Positions 44,347 to 53,283 of a stretch of DNA of 64,000 nucleotides are shown in pieces (position 1 is the first letter of the stretch; the number at the start of each line of letters is the position of its first letter). Where the stretch lies: IMG/VR virus record IMGVR_UViG_2645727714_000001, positions 26,034 to 90,033 of that record. One strand, 5' to 3'. Both the position numbers and the translations under genes were made by a program. The notes beneath the pieces were generated by a model. That model was given only the letters and a program-made list of their open reading frames with translations. It did no database searches and was not told the origin of the DNA. Source of the stretch: a virus. Lineage: Duplodnaviria; Caudoviricetes.

Positions 44347-44794
44347 CACGCACTCCCTCACCGGTCGCGGTGTGGCGGCAGGAGCACGGCTCGTCCTCGC
44401 CGTCGTGGGTCGGCACCACGCCGGACCCGTTGCAGCGGTGGCAGCCCTCGGCGCCGAGCTCGGCTGGGGCGGGCTCCAGCGGCACCAGCGACGTCCTGAT
44501 CAGGGACTCCATGTGGATGATCTCCCAGGTGTCGTACCGAGCCCTCTCGGGATCGGCGCGCAGCTCGGCGATCTGGGCTCGGGCCTCATCGGGGGAGCCG
44601 ACGGGCGCGAAGGCGCACGACGAGCCGGCCCGCTCGCCGACGGTCTCCGTGCCCTGAACCCGCCACCAGCGCAGCGGGCCGAACGTGCCGAGCGTCCCCG
44701 GCCTGACGTAGTGGTCCGCCCCGGGCTCGCCCCAGATCTCGATGTCGCGGGCGACGGTGCCCGGCGGCGTGGACTCAGGCATCGGTCTGGTCAC
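44339..44794 (-). CDS. hypothetical protein (DnaJ-like CxxCxGxG tail)
   Basis: CHRCNGSG...CSC. Confidence 0.5.
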   Translation of the reverse strand: MTRPMPESTPPGTVARDIEIWGEPGADHYVRPGTLGTFGPLRWWRVQGTETVGERAGSSCAFAPVGSPDEARAQIAELRADPERARYDTWEIIHMESLIRTSLVPLEPAPAELGAEGCHRCNGSGVVPTHDGEDEPCSCRHTATGEGVRDA

Positions 44795-44796
44795 TG

Positions 44797-44988
44797 TCAG
44801 CCATGCCGCCGCCCCACGATCTCGGATGCGATGGTGCCGAGATTCCCAGCAAGGGCCTGGACGGCGTCGAGCTGAAAGTCGTCCAGGGCGTCCAGGGCGT
44901 CCCAGGCGGCGTCCTCTTTCTCGGCCCAGAGCAGTCCGATGGCGCGAGCCATGGTCGCCCGGGTGGCCGGCGTCGCGTCCCGGGTCAC
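44797..44988 (-). CDS. hypothetical protein
   Basis: GTGA overlap with the upstream gene. Confidence 0.45.
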   Translation of the reverse strand: MTRDATPATRATMARAIGLLWAEKEDAAWDALDALDDFQLDAVQALAGNLGTIASEIVGRRHG

Positions 44989-45470
44989 CAGAGGTCCCTC
45001 GTGGTCCGTACGCGCGAGAGCCTCGTGGCCACCAGCGCAGCCAGCCACAGCATCCCGGCGTGTGCGGCCTGGTCGCCGCGGTTGAGGCCCGGCTTCCACG
45101 GCATGCCGGGCACGCTGGTGGTGATGGTCATCTCGGCGAATGCCGGACTTCCGGTGACGGCCATGAGGCGCCGGATAGGCCAGCGCCGGTCGATGAACCC
45201 GTGGCTCGCCGCTGAGACGACGAATCCAGCCAGAAGGCCCCGACCGGACACCGGCACGCGAGTCACACGCACCGTCGCCCCGACCATGGCGGCCATCACC
45301 GCGTGATAGGCGGCGACGTGCCGCAGGTTCGCACACCAGCCCTCGGCGCCTGGCTTGTCCTTGCGGCCAGCCTGGTTGTCGGTCTGGCCCAGTAGGTTGT
45401 CGGCGACCTCGTGGGCGGCGAGGGCGGCGGCGAGGAGAGTCGGGAAGGCTGCGGACCGGTCGGTCTTCAC
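44985..45470 (-). CDS. DUF3307-like membrane protein
   Basis: HEVAD...Q, H...Y, SH..IDRRW, DQ..H. Confidence 0.7.
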   Translation of the reverse strand: MKTDRSAAFPTLLAAALAAHEVADNLLGQTDNQAGRKDKPGAEGWCANLRHVAAYHAVMAAMVGATVRVTRVPVSGRGLLAGFVVSAASHGFIDRRWPIRRLMAVTGSPAFAEMTITTSVPGMPWKPGLNRGDQAAHAGMLWLAALVATRLSRVRTTRDLW

Positions 45471-45748
45471 CGCTCCTCCCGCTTGTCGAGGCGCCGACCG
45501 AGCACGCGGCAGCGCTCGCAGGGGTCGCCAAGCTCGGGCGGCGCGGCGTCGGCCAGGCAGGTGCAGGGGAGCTTCTCCACGTAGCTGGCGAGGCGCTCGA
45601 TGGCCTCGCTGACGATGGAGACCTCCGCGAAGTCGCTGTCCGGCGGGTTGAGGCGGTCGATCACAAGATCGGCCACCATCCGGTACTCGCAGATGTCGAT
45701 GCCGCCGGGCTCGCAGGTGCAGACCTCGTCCGGGTCGTGGCCCATCAT
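45467..45748 (-). CDS. Cys-rich hypothetical protein
   Basis: coupled ORF. Confidence 0.5.
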   Translation of the reverse strand: MMGHDPDEVCTCEPGGIDICEYRMVADLVIDRLNPPDSDFAEVSIVSEAIERLASYVEKLPCTCLADAAPPELGDPCERCRVLGRRLDKREER

Positions 45749-45906
45749 TCGGGTCCTTCCTCGTCCCAGGGGATTCCAGGGATCTGCTGGGACCAGGCGG
45801 TGTCAGCGTCCGGGTCCCAGTCAGGCTCCTGTGATCGCGGCGCCGTGGTCCTGGCGTGGAGTTCGGGCCAGTCGAGACCCTCGTCGGGGCCGAACAGGAT
45901 GGGCAT
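45745..45906 (-). CDS. small acidic Trp/Pro-rich protein
   Basis: MPILFGPDEGLDWPELH...; overlaps both neighbours; below the ORF-track cutoff. Confidence 0.45.
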   Translation of the reverse strand: MPILFGPDEGLDWPELHARTTAPRSQEPDWDPDADTAWSQQIPGIPWDEEGPE

Positions 45907-46262
45907 CACACGCCCCCAGCCAGGTCGTCGGCCTCCAGCAGTTCCAGCAGCCGCTCGGCCGCGGGCCGCCGCAGCAGAATCTCTCCGCCGGAGACCGACA
46001 GGTCGTCGGCTTCCACGTCAGGAATCAGTCCGCGGAACCGCCCGGCGATGCCGCGCATGGTCTCGTTCTCGACGCGCTCGGCGGCCTCGCGGTCCCTCCA
46101 GGCAGCCATGGAGGCATCGGACCGGCGCCGGCCTGCCAGGTGCGGCCCACACAGCCCAGCCTCGCGCTGCTCGTCGGTCTTCAGCGTGCGACCGCAGGCC
46201 CGGCCGCCCCACGAACCGCCCGGCGGGTGCACCGTGGCCGGGCAGGTATCTGCGGCGCTCAC
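45906..46262 (-). CDS. hypothetical protein
   Basis: GAGGAG RBS; C...C...CGPH. Confidence 0.55.
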   Translation of the reverse strand: MSAADTCPATVHPPGGSWGGRACGRTLKTDEQREAGLCGPHLAGRRRSDASMAAWRDREAAERVENETMRGIAGRFRGLIPDVEADDLSVSGGEILLRRPAAERLLELLEADDLAGGV

Positions 46263-46447
46263 TGGAACTCCTCCGGGCGCGGCGAGAGCAGACGGCGGGC
46301 CGCCGCGAGGGGCGTGTCGACCGCGTCCGCCAGCGTGCGGGCGACGTCGCCCATGTGCTGGCGGTAGTGCCCCTGGAAGTTCTCGTAGGTGACCTCGGGG
46401 GTCTCCTCGGGCTCCGCCGGCTCGCCGGTGGCAATGGCTGTGATCAT
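46259..46447 (-). CDS. hypothetical protein
   Basis: GGAGG RBS. Confidence 0.5.
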   Translation of the reverse strand: MITAIATGEPAEPEETPEVTYENFQGHYRQHMGDVARTLADAVDTPLAAARRLLSPRPEEFQ

Positions 46448-46450
46448 GTG

Positions 46451-46795
46451 TCAGTCCTCCGTGGGTTCGGGGTAGAAGCGGGCGACGGCCTCGGGGTAGG
46501 TCAGCCCGCCCTCGCGCACCGAGGCGGCGAACTCCCCGGCGCGCTCGTCCTCGGCCTGGTCCTCCGGTAAGACGGGGAAGTCCCGGACGGCGCGGGCGGT
46601 GTGGTAACTGGCCCACCAGGTGGGGCCGTTCGAGCCGCCCTCGAACAGGGGCCGGTCGCGCTGGATCTCGTACTCCCAGGAGCCACCGTGGGGCTCGGCC
46701 CCGAGCACGGTGGCCGTGCCGCGCATGGCCTCCGGGTACTGCTGCGCGCGCCAGTGGTACACCCGGGCGCCGGGCGGGAGCGGGTGATCAGTCAC
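46451..46795 (-). CDS. hypothetical protein
   Basis: coupled ORF. Confidence 0.55.
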   Translation of the reverse strand: MTDHPLPPGARVYHWRAQQYPEAMRGTATVLGAEPHGGSWEYEIQRDRPLFEGGSNGPTWWASYHTARAVRDFPVLPEDQAEDERAGEFAASVREGGLTYPEAVARFYPEPTED

Positions 46796-47052
46796 CGCAC
46801 ACCCCAGTTCGGGCCGTTGTGGTCGGGAACGTTCTCCACTTCGAGCCGCTCGATGAGGAGGTTCCGGAGATCGCCGACAACGGCAATCGGGTCGCCGTCC
46901 CGGGCGGTCTGCGCGGCGTAGGTGTCGAGGTGGTCGAGGACGGCATTGAGGGCGCCGCCCATCTGCTCGGCGCTGGGCTCAACGACTCCGTGGTCGTCGG
47001 CGGACTCGTAGATCAGCTCGGCGATCCGTCCGCGAATCGGATCGTCAGTCAT
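46792..47052 (-). CDS. hypothetical protein
   Basis: coupled ORF. Confidence 0.55.
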   Translation of the reverse strand: MTDDPIRGRIAELIYESADDHGVVEPSAEQMGGALNAVLDHLDTYAAQTARDGDPIAVVGDLRNLLIERLEVENVPDHNGPNWGVR

Positions 47053-47374
47053 CGTCGCCCCGGGCGAGCAGCTCGTCGACCTGCGCGTCGACGAAGTCCC
47101 GGGTGGCCTGCACCGACTCCGAGCGGCGCCGAGCGATGATCACGTCCGGCTCGGCGAGCAGCCGGTTCCGGGTCGGCGTCGGGTCACCGTCCAGCGGAGT
47201 GGCCTGGCGGACCGCCCAGGCAAGGTCTTCCTCGAAGTCCTCCATGTCGCCAGGGCTGATCTGGTTCTCGCGGAACTCCTCCAGAGCCCGCTGGTAATCG
47301 CCCTCCGCCGCGAGGGCGCCCAGCCAGCCCATGGGTGAGAAGTCGGGGGCGCTCGGGTCGCTGATCTGGGTCAT
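47045..47374 (-). CDS. acidic hypothetical protein
   Basis: GAGGAG RBS. Confidence 0.55.
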   Translation of the reverse strand: MTQISDPSAPDFSPMGWLGALAAEGDYQRALEEFRENQISPGDMEDFEEDLAWAVRQATPLDGDPTPTRNRLLAEPDVIIARRRSESVQATRDFVDAQVDELLARGDDD

Positions 47375-47703
47375 GAGATCTCCTCGGCTCCGTCAGCAGC
47401 GACGCCGACGCAGGCCTGCATGTCGTTGTCGAGGACGCGGCGCCACGCCGCGGTCGGGGTGAGCCCTTCGGCGCGAGCCGCCACGCGGACCCGGGCGGCA
47501 CGCCACAGGTCGGGTTCGTCGATGTACTCCGGGAGGCCGCGGCGGTGGCGAAAGTCGAACAGCGCCCACGAGTAGGCGCTCATCAGGTTGGGCTCGTCAT
47601 CGGTGCGGGCGGCACGTTCGGCTTCGGTGTCGGTGACCGCACGGAGGTCCACGACAACGTCCGCGCTCATGTAGACCGCGCCGCAGCCCGGCTCGGCAGT
47701 CAT
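47371..47703 (-). CDS. hypothetical protein
   Basis: ATGA overlaps. Confidence 0.55.
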   Translation of the reverse strand: MTAEPGCGAVYMSADVVVDLRAVTDTEAERAARTDDEPNLMSAYSWALFDFRHRRGLPEYIDEPDLWRAARVRVAARAEGLTPTAAWRRVLDNDMQACVGVAADGAEEIS

Positions 47704-48302
47704 CCCACGCCGCCAGCCGCCGCCAGCGCGGCGCTGTAGGCGGGCGAGGTCTGGCGCACGACCCCACGGCGCCGGTCCTCCTCGACCAGCGCGCCGTAGT
47801 AGAGCCGCTCGACCTCGTCCATGCCGAGCCGGTCCACTGCGAAGTCCCAGTACCGCGCCACGATGACCGCGTGCCGGCAGGCCAGCTCCGGCGGCAGCGC
47901 CACCAGGCGGGAGTCATCCAGGTAGCGGGCCGGGTAGTGCTCGCGGGCGTAGCCGGCACCCTCCCAGCGCCGCTTCCAGACGTGCAGCAGGGCCGCGCCC
48001 TTGTCCAGGTCGTGCAGCTCATCCCATGCGGGCAGGTCGGAGACCCGCCGCGGGTCGAACAGGGCGTTGAGGCGCTCGCGCTCGCCGTTGGTCAGACGGG
48101 CGTCGAAGCCGTTGGGCCAGGTCAGTTGCAACGCACCCCAGTAGGCGCGCTCCACCCGGCCGCAGTTGCGCCCGTGCTCGTCGGCCACGGTGGCCAGCGC
48201 CTCGCGGGTGGTGCCCGTCAGGTGCTCGACCGGGGTCACAGGGGCTGGCGTCACCAGCAGGGTGCGGCCCCGGTCCAGGGCGAAGGTCAGCGGTTCGGTC
48301 AT
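47700..48302 (-). CDS. hypothetical protein
   Basis: ATGA overlaps. Confidence 0.6.
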   Translation of the reverse strand: MTEPLTFALDRGRTLLVTPAPVTPVEHLTGTTREALATVADEHGRNCGRVERAYWGALQLTWPNGFDARLTNGERERLNALFDPRRVSDLPAWDELHDLDKGAALLHVWKRRWEGAGYAREHYPARYLDDSRLVALPPELACRHAVIVARYWDFAVDRLGMDEVERLYYGALVEEDRRRGVVRQTSPAYSAALAAAGGVG

Positions 48303-48529
48303 CGGGTCGTTCCCTCGGCGGTGAAGTTCCGGGTCAGCCAGTCGTCGTAGTCGTGCTCGCGAAAGACCGGCAGGTGATTGGCCTCGTGCACGGCGAGCAG
48401 CACCTCGATGGGCACCGCGTCCAACTCCTCGCTGTCCGGCAGCGGCACGCCGGAGCCGGTCAGCAGGTTCGGGTGCGCGCGGGCCAGGTGGGCGATCAGT
48501 GCCTCGCGGTCGACGTCGGGATTGGCCAT
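48299..48529 (-). CDS. hypothetical protein
   Basis: coupled ORF. Confidence 0.5.
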   Translation of the reverse strand: MANPDVDREALIAHLARAHPNLLTGSGVPLPDSEELDAVPIEVLLAVHEANHLPVFREHDYDDWLTRNFTAEGTTR

Positions 48530-48876
48530 CACCAGTCGCCCAGCCGCGTGTGGTGTTGGCAGTCGTTCCGGCTCTCGATCTCGGCGGGCTCCATCGCCCG
48601 CACGTTCACGATTGCCGTGAGATCGACCTCGACGGTCGCGTCTGGGTATTCGAGGCCAAAGGACTCGGTCTCGCCTCCAGCAGCCAGGACGGCGCACCGC
48701 CAGCATCGAGAAATCCCATGATCGGGATCGGGGTACTGGTTTCTCGGATCGTCGTCCGAACAGGAGGACCGGTCGTGTTCCCGAATCTCGTTCGCTACGA
48801 GCCGTCCGATTTCCGTGGCGAGGTCGTTGGCGCGCCCGGCCCAGTCGCCAACCGAGAACGTTGTCTTCTTGAACAC
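48529..48876 (-). CDS. hypothetical protein (H/C motif, lower GC)
   Basis: EHDRSSCSD...CWRC; GGAG RBS. Confidence 0.55.
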   Translation of the reverse strand: MFKKTTFSVGDWAGRANDLATEIGRLVANEIREHDRSSCSDDDPRNQYPDPDHGISRCWRCAVLAAGGETESFGLEYPDATVEVDLTAIVNVRAMEPAEIESRNDCQHHTRLGDW

Positions 48877-48886
48877 AGGATCTCCG

Positions 48887-49039
48887 TTAGATGTCGTGGC
48901 GGACGGCCCCGAGCTGCCACCAGGAGGTGCAACTCAGGCTCAAGGCGATGGTCTTGACCAGGTGCGCGACCAGTGCGGCAGGGTCGACGACGGCGCTCAC
49001 CGGCGTCCGCGTGCCCTTGACGCCGTAGAAGCGGCTCAC
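48887..49039 (-). CDS. hypothetical small protein
   Basis: GTGA overlap. Confidence 0.35.
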   Translation of the reverse strand: MSRFYGVKGTRTPVSAVVDPAALVAHLVKTIALSLSCTSWWQLGAVRHDI

Positions 49040-49335
49040 GGCTGCACCCGCTCGGCGTTGTCCGGCAGCTGGTCGGCGTACTCGTCCGGGATGGCGCCCT
49101 GGTGCCAGAGGTTGGCGGTGTGGAACAGCTCGCCGCCCTCGTCGAGGCGGAAGGCGAAGGGGTGGCCGCCGAAGCCCGGCAGCGGGTCGCCCTCGGGGCC
49201 GACCACGTAGTGCTCCCCGCCTGAGCGGATGACCTGCTGACCCTTGTCCGTGCGATCTCCGTTCGCGTGCCAGGCGATCTTTTCGTCCCAGAACTGCGCG
49301 ACGAAGGGATCGAGCCCGTTCGCCATCGTCACCAC
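49036..49335 (-). CDS. conserved phage hypothetical protein
   Basis: G.HY.VG...GFGG..F...T.NLWHQG.IP......PDNA. Confidence 0.65.
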   Translation of the reverse strand: MVTMANGLDPFVAQFWDEKIAWHANGDRTDKGQQVIRSGGEHYVVGPEGDPLPGFGGHPFAFRLDEGGELFHTANLWHQGAIPDEYADQLPDNAERVQP

Positions 49336-49601
49336 CCCCGCTCGCGGAAGCGGCGGAGCTGCACGCGCAGCGCGTCATCCGCACTGCCGGCCGCGGAGTC
49401 GGAGACCACCTGCGGGGTGAACGCCTGCGCGCCCGCCTGATAGTGGCCGGTGATCTCGTAGTGGTGGCCGGGGCCAAAGGCGTCGGGAACGCGCTCGGCG
49501 CGCAGGGTGACGTGGTGCGGCACGGCCAGCAGGTGCACGCGGGTGGCGGTGTCGGTCGACCCGGCGGTCTCGTCCGCCGGGTCGGTGGTGGTCTGGTCCA
49601 T
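49329..49601 (-). CDS. hypothetical protein
   Basis: GAGAGG RBS. Confidence 0.5.
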   Translation of the reverse strand: MDQTTTDPADETAGSTDTATRVHLLAVPHHVTLRAERVPDAFGPGHHYEITGHYQAGAQAFTPQVVSDSAAGSADDALRVQLRRFRERGW

Positions 49602-49684
49602 GCGGTACCTCTCGGTGGATGGTGTGGGGTGGTGTTTCGAGAGAGGCAGAGAGGTCCCCGGGCATGCGAAAGCCCAGGGACTCG

Positions 49685-49993
49685 TCACCCCCCGCCAGGC
49701 CAGCCGGCCCGGCAGTAGTGGCGCTCGTCGTCGCGGTCGGCGGCCTCGCCGAGCACCCGCGCCCGGTCGAGCACGTCCATGCCTTCCAGGCGAGCGAGCA
49801 CCAAGGTGGCCGCGTCCCACAGCGCGCCGCCGCGCTCCACCTCGCCGGCGTCCCCCAGCTCGGCCGCGCGGTCGAGCATGTCGACGGCCACCTCCTCGGG
49901 GCCGCCAGAGTCCGGGTCGGAGCCCAGGCGCAGCACGGCCACCAGCCCGGCCTGCACGCCGACAGCAGCGATATCGAGGTCAGGCACGGCCAC
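49685..49993 (-). CDS. hypothetical protein
   Basis: followed by a hairpin at about 49654-49681. Confidence 0.5.
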   Translation of the reverse strand: MAVPDLDIAAVGVQAGLVAVLRLGSDPDSGGPEEVAVDMLDRAAELGDAGEVERGGALWDAATLVLARLEGMDVLDRARVLGEAADRDDERHYCRAGWPGGG

Positions 49994-50912
49994 CCTCAGG
50001 GAGGTTCGCGGCGGCGTGCTCGGCGGCGGTGCGGTGGCCGGTCACCTTGTCGTAGGGGATGGGGACAGGCGCGAGGTTCGGGCTGTCCGGGTTGCGGAGG
50101 CTCACGGACTTCGTGTTGACCCGCAACACCCGGTGCCAGCGGGAGCCGCCGCACTGGATGTAGTCGCCCTTGGCAAAGTCGGTGGGCCGCCAGACCTTCT
50201 TGCCAGCTGCCTCTGCGGCGGCAACGTGGGCCTTCCAGTGGGCGATCTGCTCGTCAAGCTGGGCGAGCTTCGCTGTGATGCGCGGATAGGCCGGGGAGTC
50301 CTCCGAGAACCGGTCGAGGTCGCGCGCCAGGCGGCGGCGTTCGGCCTCCAGCCGGTCAATGCGGCGCAGGGTGACGTAGACGTTCTCCCGGTACTGCTGG
50401 GAGATCTCGGCGGACTGCGCGCGCCCCTCCCAATGGGTGGCCTTGCGGCCCTCCTCCACGGCCTTGTCCCAGCCGCGGTCGATGCGGGCGAGTACCCTCC
50501 TGTGCCCGGCCTCGGAGTGATGGCCGACGAGCACCGGCTGGCCGAACGGGATGTGCTTCTGGATCTCGCGGGCGCCCGCCTCGGCGGCTGCCGAGCGCTT
50601 GGCGGCGTTCTGCGCGTACCCGGCGAACCGGCCCGCGCGGGAATCGGCCCGCTCCGCGCGCTCAGCCTCCACCTCGGCGGTGGGGCGCGGGGTGTCGTCC
50701 ACCTCCACGGCCACCTCGAAGCCTGCGGCACGCAGAGCCTTCGCGGCGGCCTCGATGCGCCAGGAGGACATCCGGTCCCGGCTCCCACGGATGCGCCAGG
50801 CGCCGTACCGGAACCAGAAGCCGTTGGCCTTGAGGACGTCCCCAGCGCCGTCGCCCTTGCTGGTGCCCTCGGCGACGGTGCCCTCGGCGTGAGTGTGCGA
50901 GATCGTGATCAT
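49980..50912 (-). CDS. DUF3560 domain protein
   Basis: IPFGQPVLVGHHSE..HRR signature. Confidence 0.85.
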   Translation of the reverse strand: MITISHTHAEGTVAEGTSKGDGAGDVLKANGFWFRYGAWRIRGSRDRMSSWRIEAAAKALRAAGFEVAVEVDDTPRPTAEVEAERAERADSRAGRFAGYAQNAAKRSAAAEAGAREIQKHIPFGQPVLVGHHSEAGHRRVLARIDRGWDKAVEEGRKATHWEGRAQSAEISQQYRENVYVTLRRIDRLEAERRRLARDLDRFSEDSPAYPRITAKLAQLDEQIAHWKAHVAAAEAAGKKVWRPTDFAKGDYIQCGGSRWHRVLRVNTKSVSLRNPDSPNLAPVPIPYDKVTGHRTAAEHAAANLPEGGRA

Positions 50913-51244
50913 TCGGCGCCGTCCGGCATGAACTGGTCGTAGAGGCCCTCCAGGACTCCGTAGAGGGCCTCGTCGGACCCGTCGGTCTGCTCCCGGCGGT
51001 CGTACTCGGTGAAGAGGACCTCCCGGGTCCCGTTGACGTCCAGGCCGTGGCAGTCGGCGCCGTCGAGGTAGGCGCAACCGGTGCCGACGCTGGCGCCGTC
51101 ACGCACCGGCCGGCGGGCGTGCACCTCAACCCCGGTGAGCTGGTTGAACGTGACGGCCCCCTCGGGGCCAGAGACGAGGTGGACGGGGAAGCTTCCGGCG
51201 CTGATCGCCGGGTGCTGGCGGCGGGTGCGGGTGAGGTCGGACAT
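50909..51244 (-). CDS. hypothetical protein
   Basis: GVEVH...CAYLDG..C. Confidence 0.55.
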   Translation of the reverse strand: MSDLTRTRRQHPAISAGSFPVHLVSGPEGAVTFNQLTGVEVHARRPVRDGASVGTGCAYLDGADCHGLDVNGTREVLFTEYDRREQTDGSDEALYGVLEGLYDQFMPDGAE

Positions 51245-51675
51245 CAGGCGTCGCCTCCTTCGAGGACGGGCGTCTGTGGCATGGGGGAGAGGTCGTCCAC
51301 CACCCGCTCGACGGCGGTCATCAGCCGGACCATCTGGCCGGCCTGCTCCTGATCCCCGGCGGTGTGGGCCTCGCGCAGGAGGCTCAGGTATGCGCGGTTC
51401 GCGCTGAACCCGCGCTGCGAGGCGTCCTGACGACTCGTGACCGGGCCGAGGTCGGCGGTCAGTGCCTCCCGGACGTTGACCAGGTCGGTGGCGGTGGGCT
51501 CCAGATCGGTCTCGCTTACGACCAGGCGGGTGCGCAGAGCGTCAGAAAGCAGGCCGATCCGGCTGCGCAGCTCCCAGACGTCCGCGTTGTACTGAGCGTC
51601 CGGGCCCTCGGAGTCGGTCGGCTGCCCGGCAGCGTCCAGCAGTTCGGCGAAACCGCCGCGGGTCGGCCCGCTCAC
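51244..51675 (-). CDS. hypothetical protein
   Basis: coupled ORF. Confidence 0.55.
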   Translation of the reverse strand: MSGPTRGGFAELLDAAGQPTDSEGPDAQYNADVWELRSRIGLLSDALRTRLVVSETDLEPTATDLVNVREALTADLGPVTSRQDASQRGFSANRAYLSLLREAHTAGDQEQAGQMVRLMTAVERVVDDLSPMPQTPVLEGGDA

Positions 51676-51968
51676 GCCACGTCGTCCGTCCGGGCGATGA
51701 ACCCCTCGATCAGCTCCTCGGTCACCTCGTTGACGGCGGTCATCTCGCGAGTGACTCTGACGATCTCGTCTAGGTCGCCACGCAGGACTGCCCGGCGAAG
51801 CGCACCGAGGTCAGAGCTGTGGGCCCCAAGGGCGCGGACGTACACCCCGTTGACATCGCGGATCGGGCCAGGCGCGCTCATGTGGCGAAAGGCGGCAGCC
51901 TTCTCTGCGGCGTTGGGCTCGATGTCGGCCTCGGTCGCAAGCCTCAGATTGGCGGCGAACGTGCTCAC
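51672..51968 (-). CDS. hypothetical protein
   Basis: coupled ORF. Confidence 0.55.
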   Translation of the reverse strand: MSTFAANLRLATEADIEPNAAEKAAAFRHMSAPGPIRDVNGVYVRALGAHSSDLGALRRAVLRGDLDEIVRVTREMTAVNEVTEELIEGFIARTDDVA

Positions 51969-52159
51969 AGCAGCTCCTGCGGAACTCGGATGATGCCGGC
52001 GGCGGTCAGCGCCAGTACCTGGCGGGCGGCAAGGGTGGTGGGCGCGGCGAGGGGCTCGGCGACGGTGCGGGGCCGGGTGTGCTGACCGACCCGGCGCATC
52101 CGGCGCGGCTTGCCCTGCGGGCGCATCGGCTCGTGGGCAGGGGAATCCTCGGTGAACAT
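51965..52159 (-). CDS. hypothetical protein
   Basis: GAGGAG RBS. Confidence 0.45.
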   Translation of the reverse strand: MFTEDSPAHEPMRPQGKPRRMRRVGQHTRPRTVAEPLAAPTTLAARQVLALTAAGIIRVPQELL

Positions 52160-52172
52160 GCGACTGCTCCTC

Positions 52173-52496
52173 TCAGGCGGCGGTGGCCAGCGCCGGGCTG
52201 GCAGCGACGGGCAGGACGGGAACGGCGGCGAGTGCGAGCTCGTAGCGGGCGGCCTCGACGGCGGCGAGCACCTCGTCGGCCTTCTCGGGCAGTTCGACGT
52301 AGGCCAGCTCGTCCTCGGCCGCGGCCAGCAGCTCGTCCAGGTCGCCCTCGTCGGGGTTCTCGGCGGCGTAGGTGGCGAGCGCGTCCAGGCCGTCCACCAC
52401 CGCGTCCAACAGGGAGCCGTTGGCCATCTCGCCCCAGCCGGGGTGCCCCCAGCCCTCGTCCCAGCGGTCGTCGAGTGTCACCGGGTCTCCCTTCAC
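52173..52496 (-). CDS. highly acidic protein, first gene of the leftward early operon
   Basis: Asp/Glu-rich; directly downstream of the promoter-like element. Confidence 0.6.
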   Translation of the reverse strand: MKGDPVTLDDRWDEGWGHPGWGEMANGSLLDAVVDGLDALATYAAENPDEGDLDELLAAAEDELAYVELPEKADEVLAAVEAARYELALAAVPVLPVAASPALATAA

Positions 52497-52520
52497 ACCC
52501 CGTGATCTCGGGGATCAAGC

Positions 52521-52556
52521 GCAGTATACGTCAGTGTAAAGAGAGAGACGGAGAGA
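52521..52556 (-). promoter_or_regulatory. leftward early promoter/operator (PL-like)
   Basis: 31/36 identical to the reverse complement of 54062-54097; TATACT -10-like hexamer. Confidence 0.75.
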
Positions 52557-52655
52557 TGAGAGAACTGGCGGGCGCGCCTCGCGCGGCATGAGAAAGGCCG
52601 CCGTGCCAGGCATTACTGCCCTGGCGCGGCGGCCGGATGGCGTGGGTTCCCTGGG

Positions 52656-52883
52656 TCAGGTGCGGTCGAGTGGTGGACAGGGCTCGTCGGATGGCTGGGC
52701 GCCAACCTTGCGCAGGGCCTGCGCCAGCAGGTCGCGGCGTACCTCGGCGCGCCGATCAGGCGTGAGGGAGTCCGCGGTGATGATTAGTGCCAGGGTCCGG
52801 CCGCCGTGGCGTGCGATCCGTACGTAGCCCTCAACCCCGGGCGGAAGGGTCGCCGATCCCCAAAGGCGCTCGACCATATCCAC
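52656..52883 (-). CDS. hypothetical protein in the immunity cassette
   Basis: ORF followed by a hairpin at about 52596-52634. Confidence 0.45.
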   Translation of the reverse strand: MDMVERLWGSATLPPGVEGYVRIARHGGRTLALIITADSLTPDRRAEVRRDLLAQALRKVGAQPSDEPCPPLDRT

Positions 52884-52995
52884 GGTCTGTAACCGTATCG
52901 TCGCTGAGAGCCACAGGTGGTCTCTCCATCCCTACGTTCGGACACGCCTGTCACAAAGGGTGACTGGTGACATCACAACTATCACCATGGGTTAG

Positions 52996-53283
52996 GTGCC
53001 CCTTGAATGCATCGTGACCGAGCGCCTGGATCTCGTGCAGGGTCTCCTCGCGGAGGACGACACCCTGGACCCCGAGCGATGGGGGCGAATGGAGGGATGG
53101 GCCGAGGCCCTGACCTGGATCTGCGGCCTGATCCGCGGCGCCGATCTCCCGGTGTCCGCGGAGATGAAGGGTGTGGCCCGAGCGGTCAGCCGCCCTGGCG
53201 ACGTTCCCAGTCCCGCAGCATCTCCTCCACGACCGCCGCGAGACGACCGCGATCCTCGGGTGACATCTGCGGCGCCACGGTAG
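52996..53283 (+). CDS. hypothetical protein convergent with the repressor
   Basis: protein-like N-terminal two-thirds; overlaps the repressor 3' end. Confidence 0.35.
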   Translation: MPLECIVTERLDLVQGLLAEDDTLDPERWGRMEGWAEALTWICGLIRGADLPVSAEMKGVARAVSRPGDVPSPAASPPRPPRDDRDPRVTSAAPR

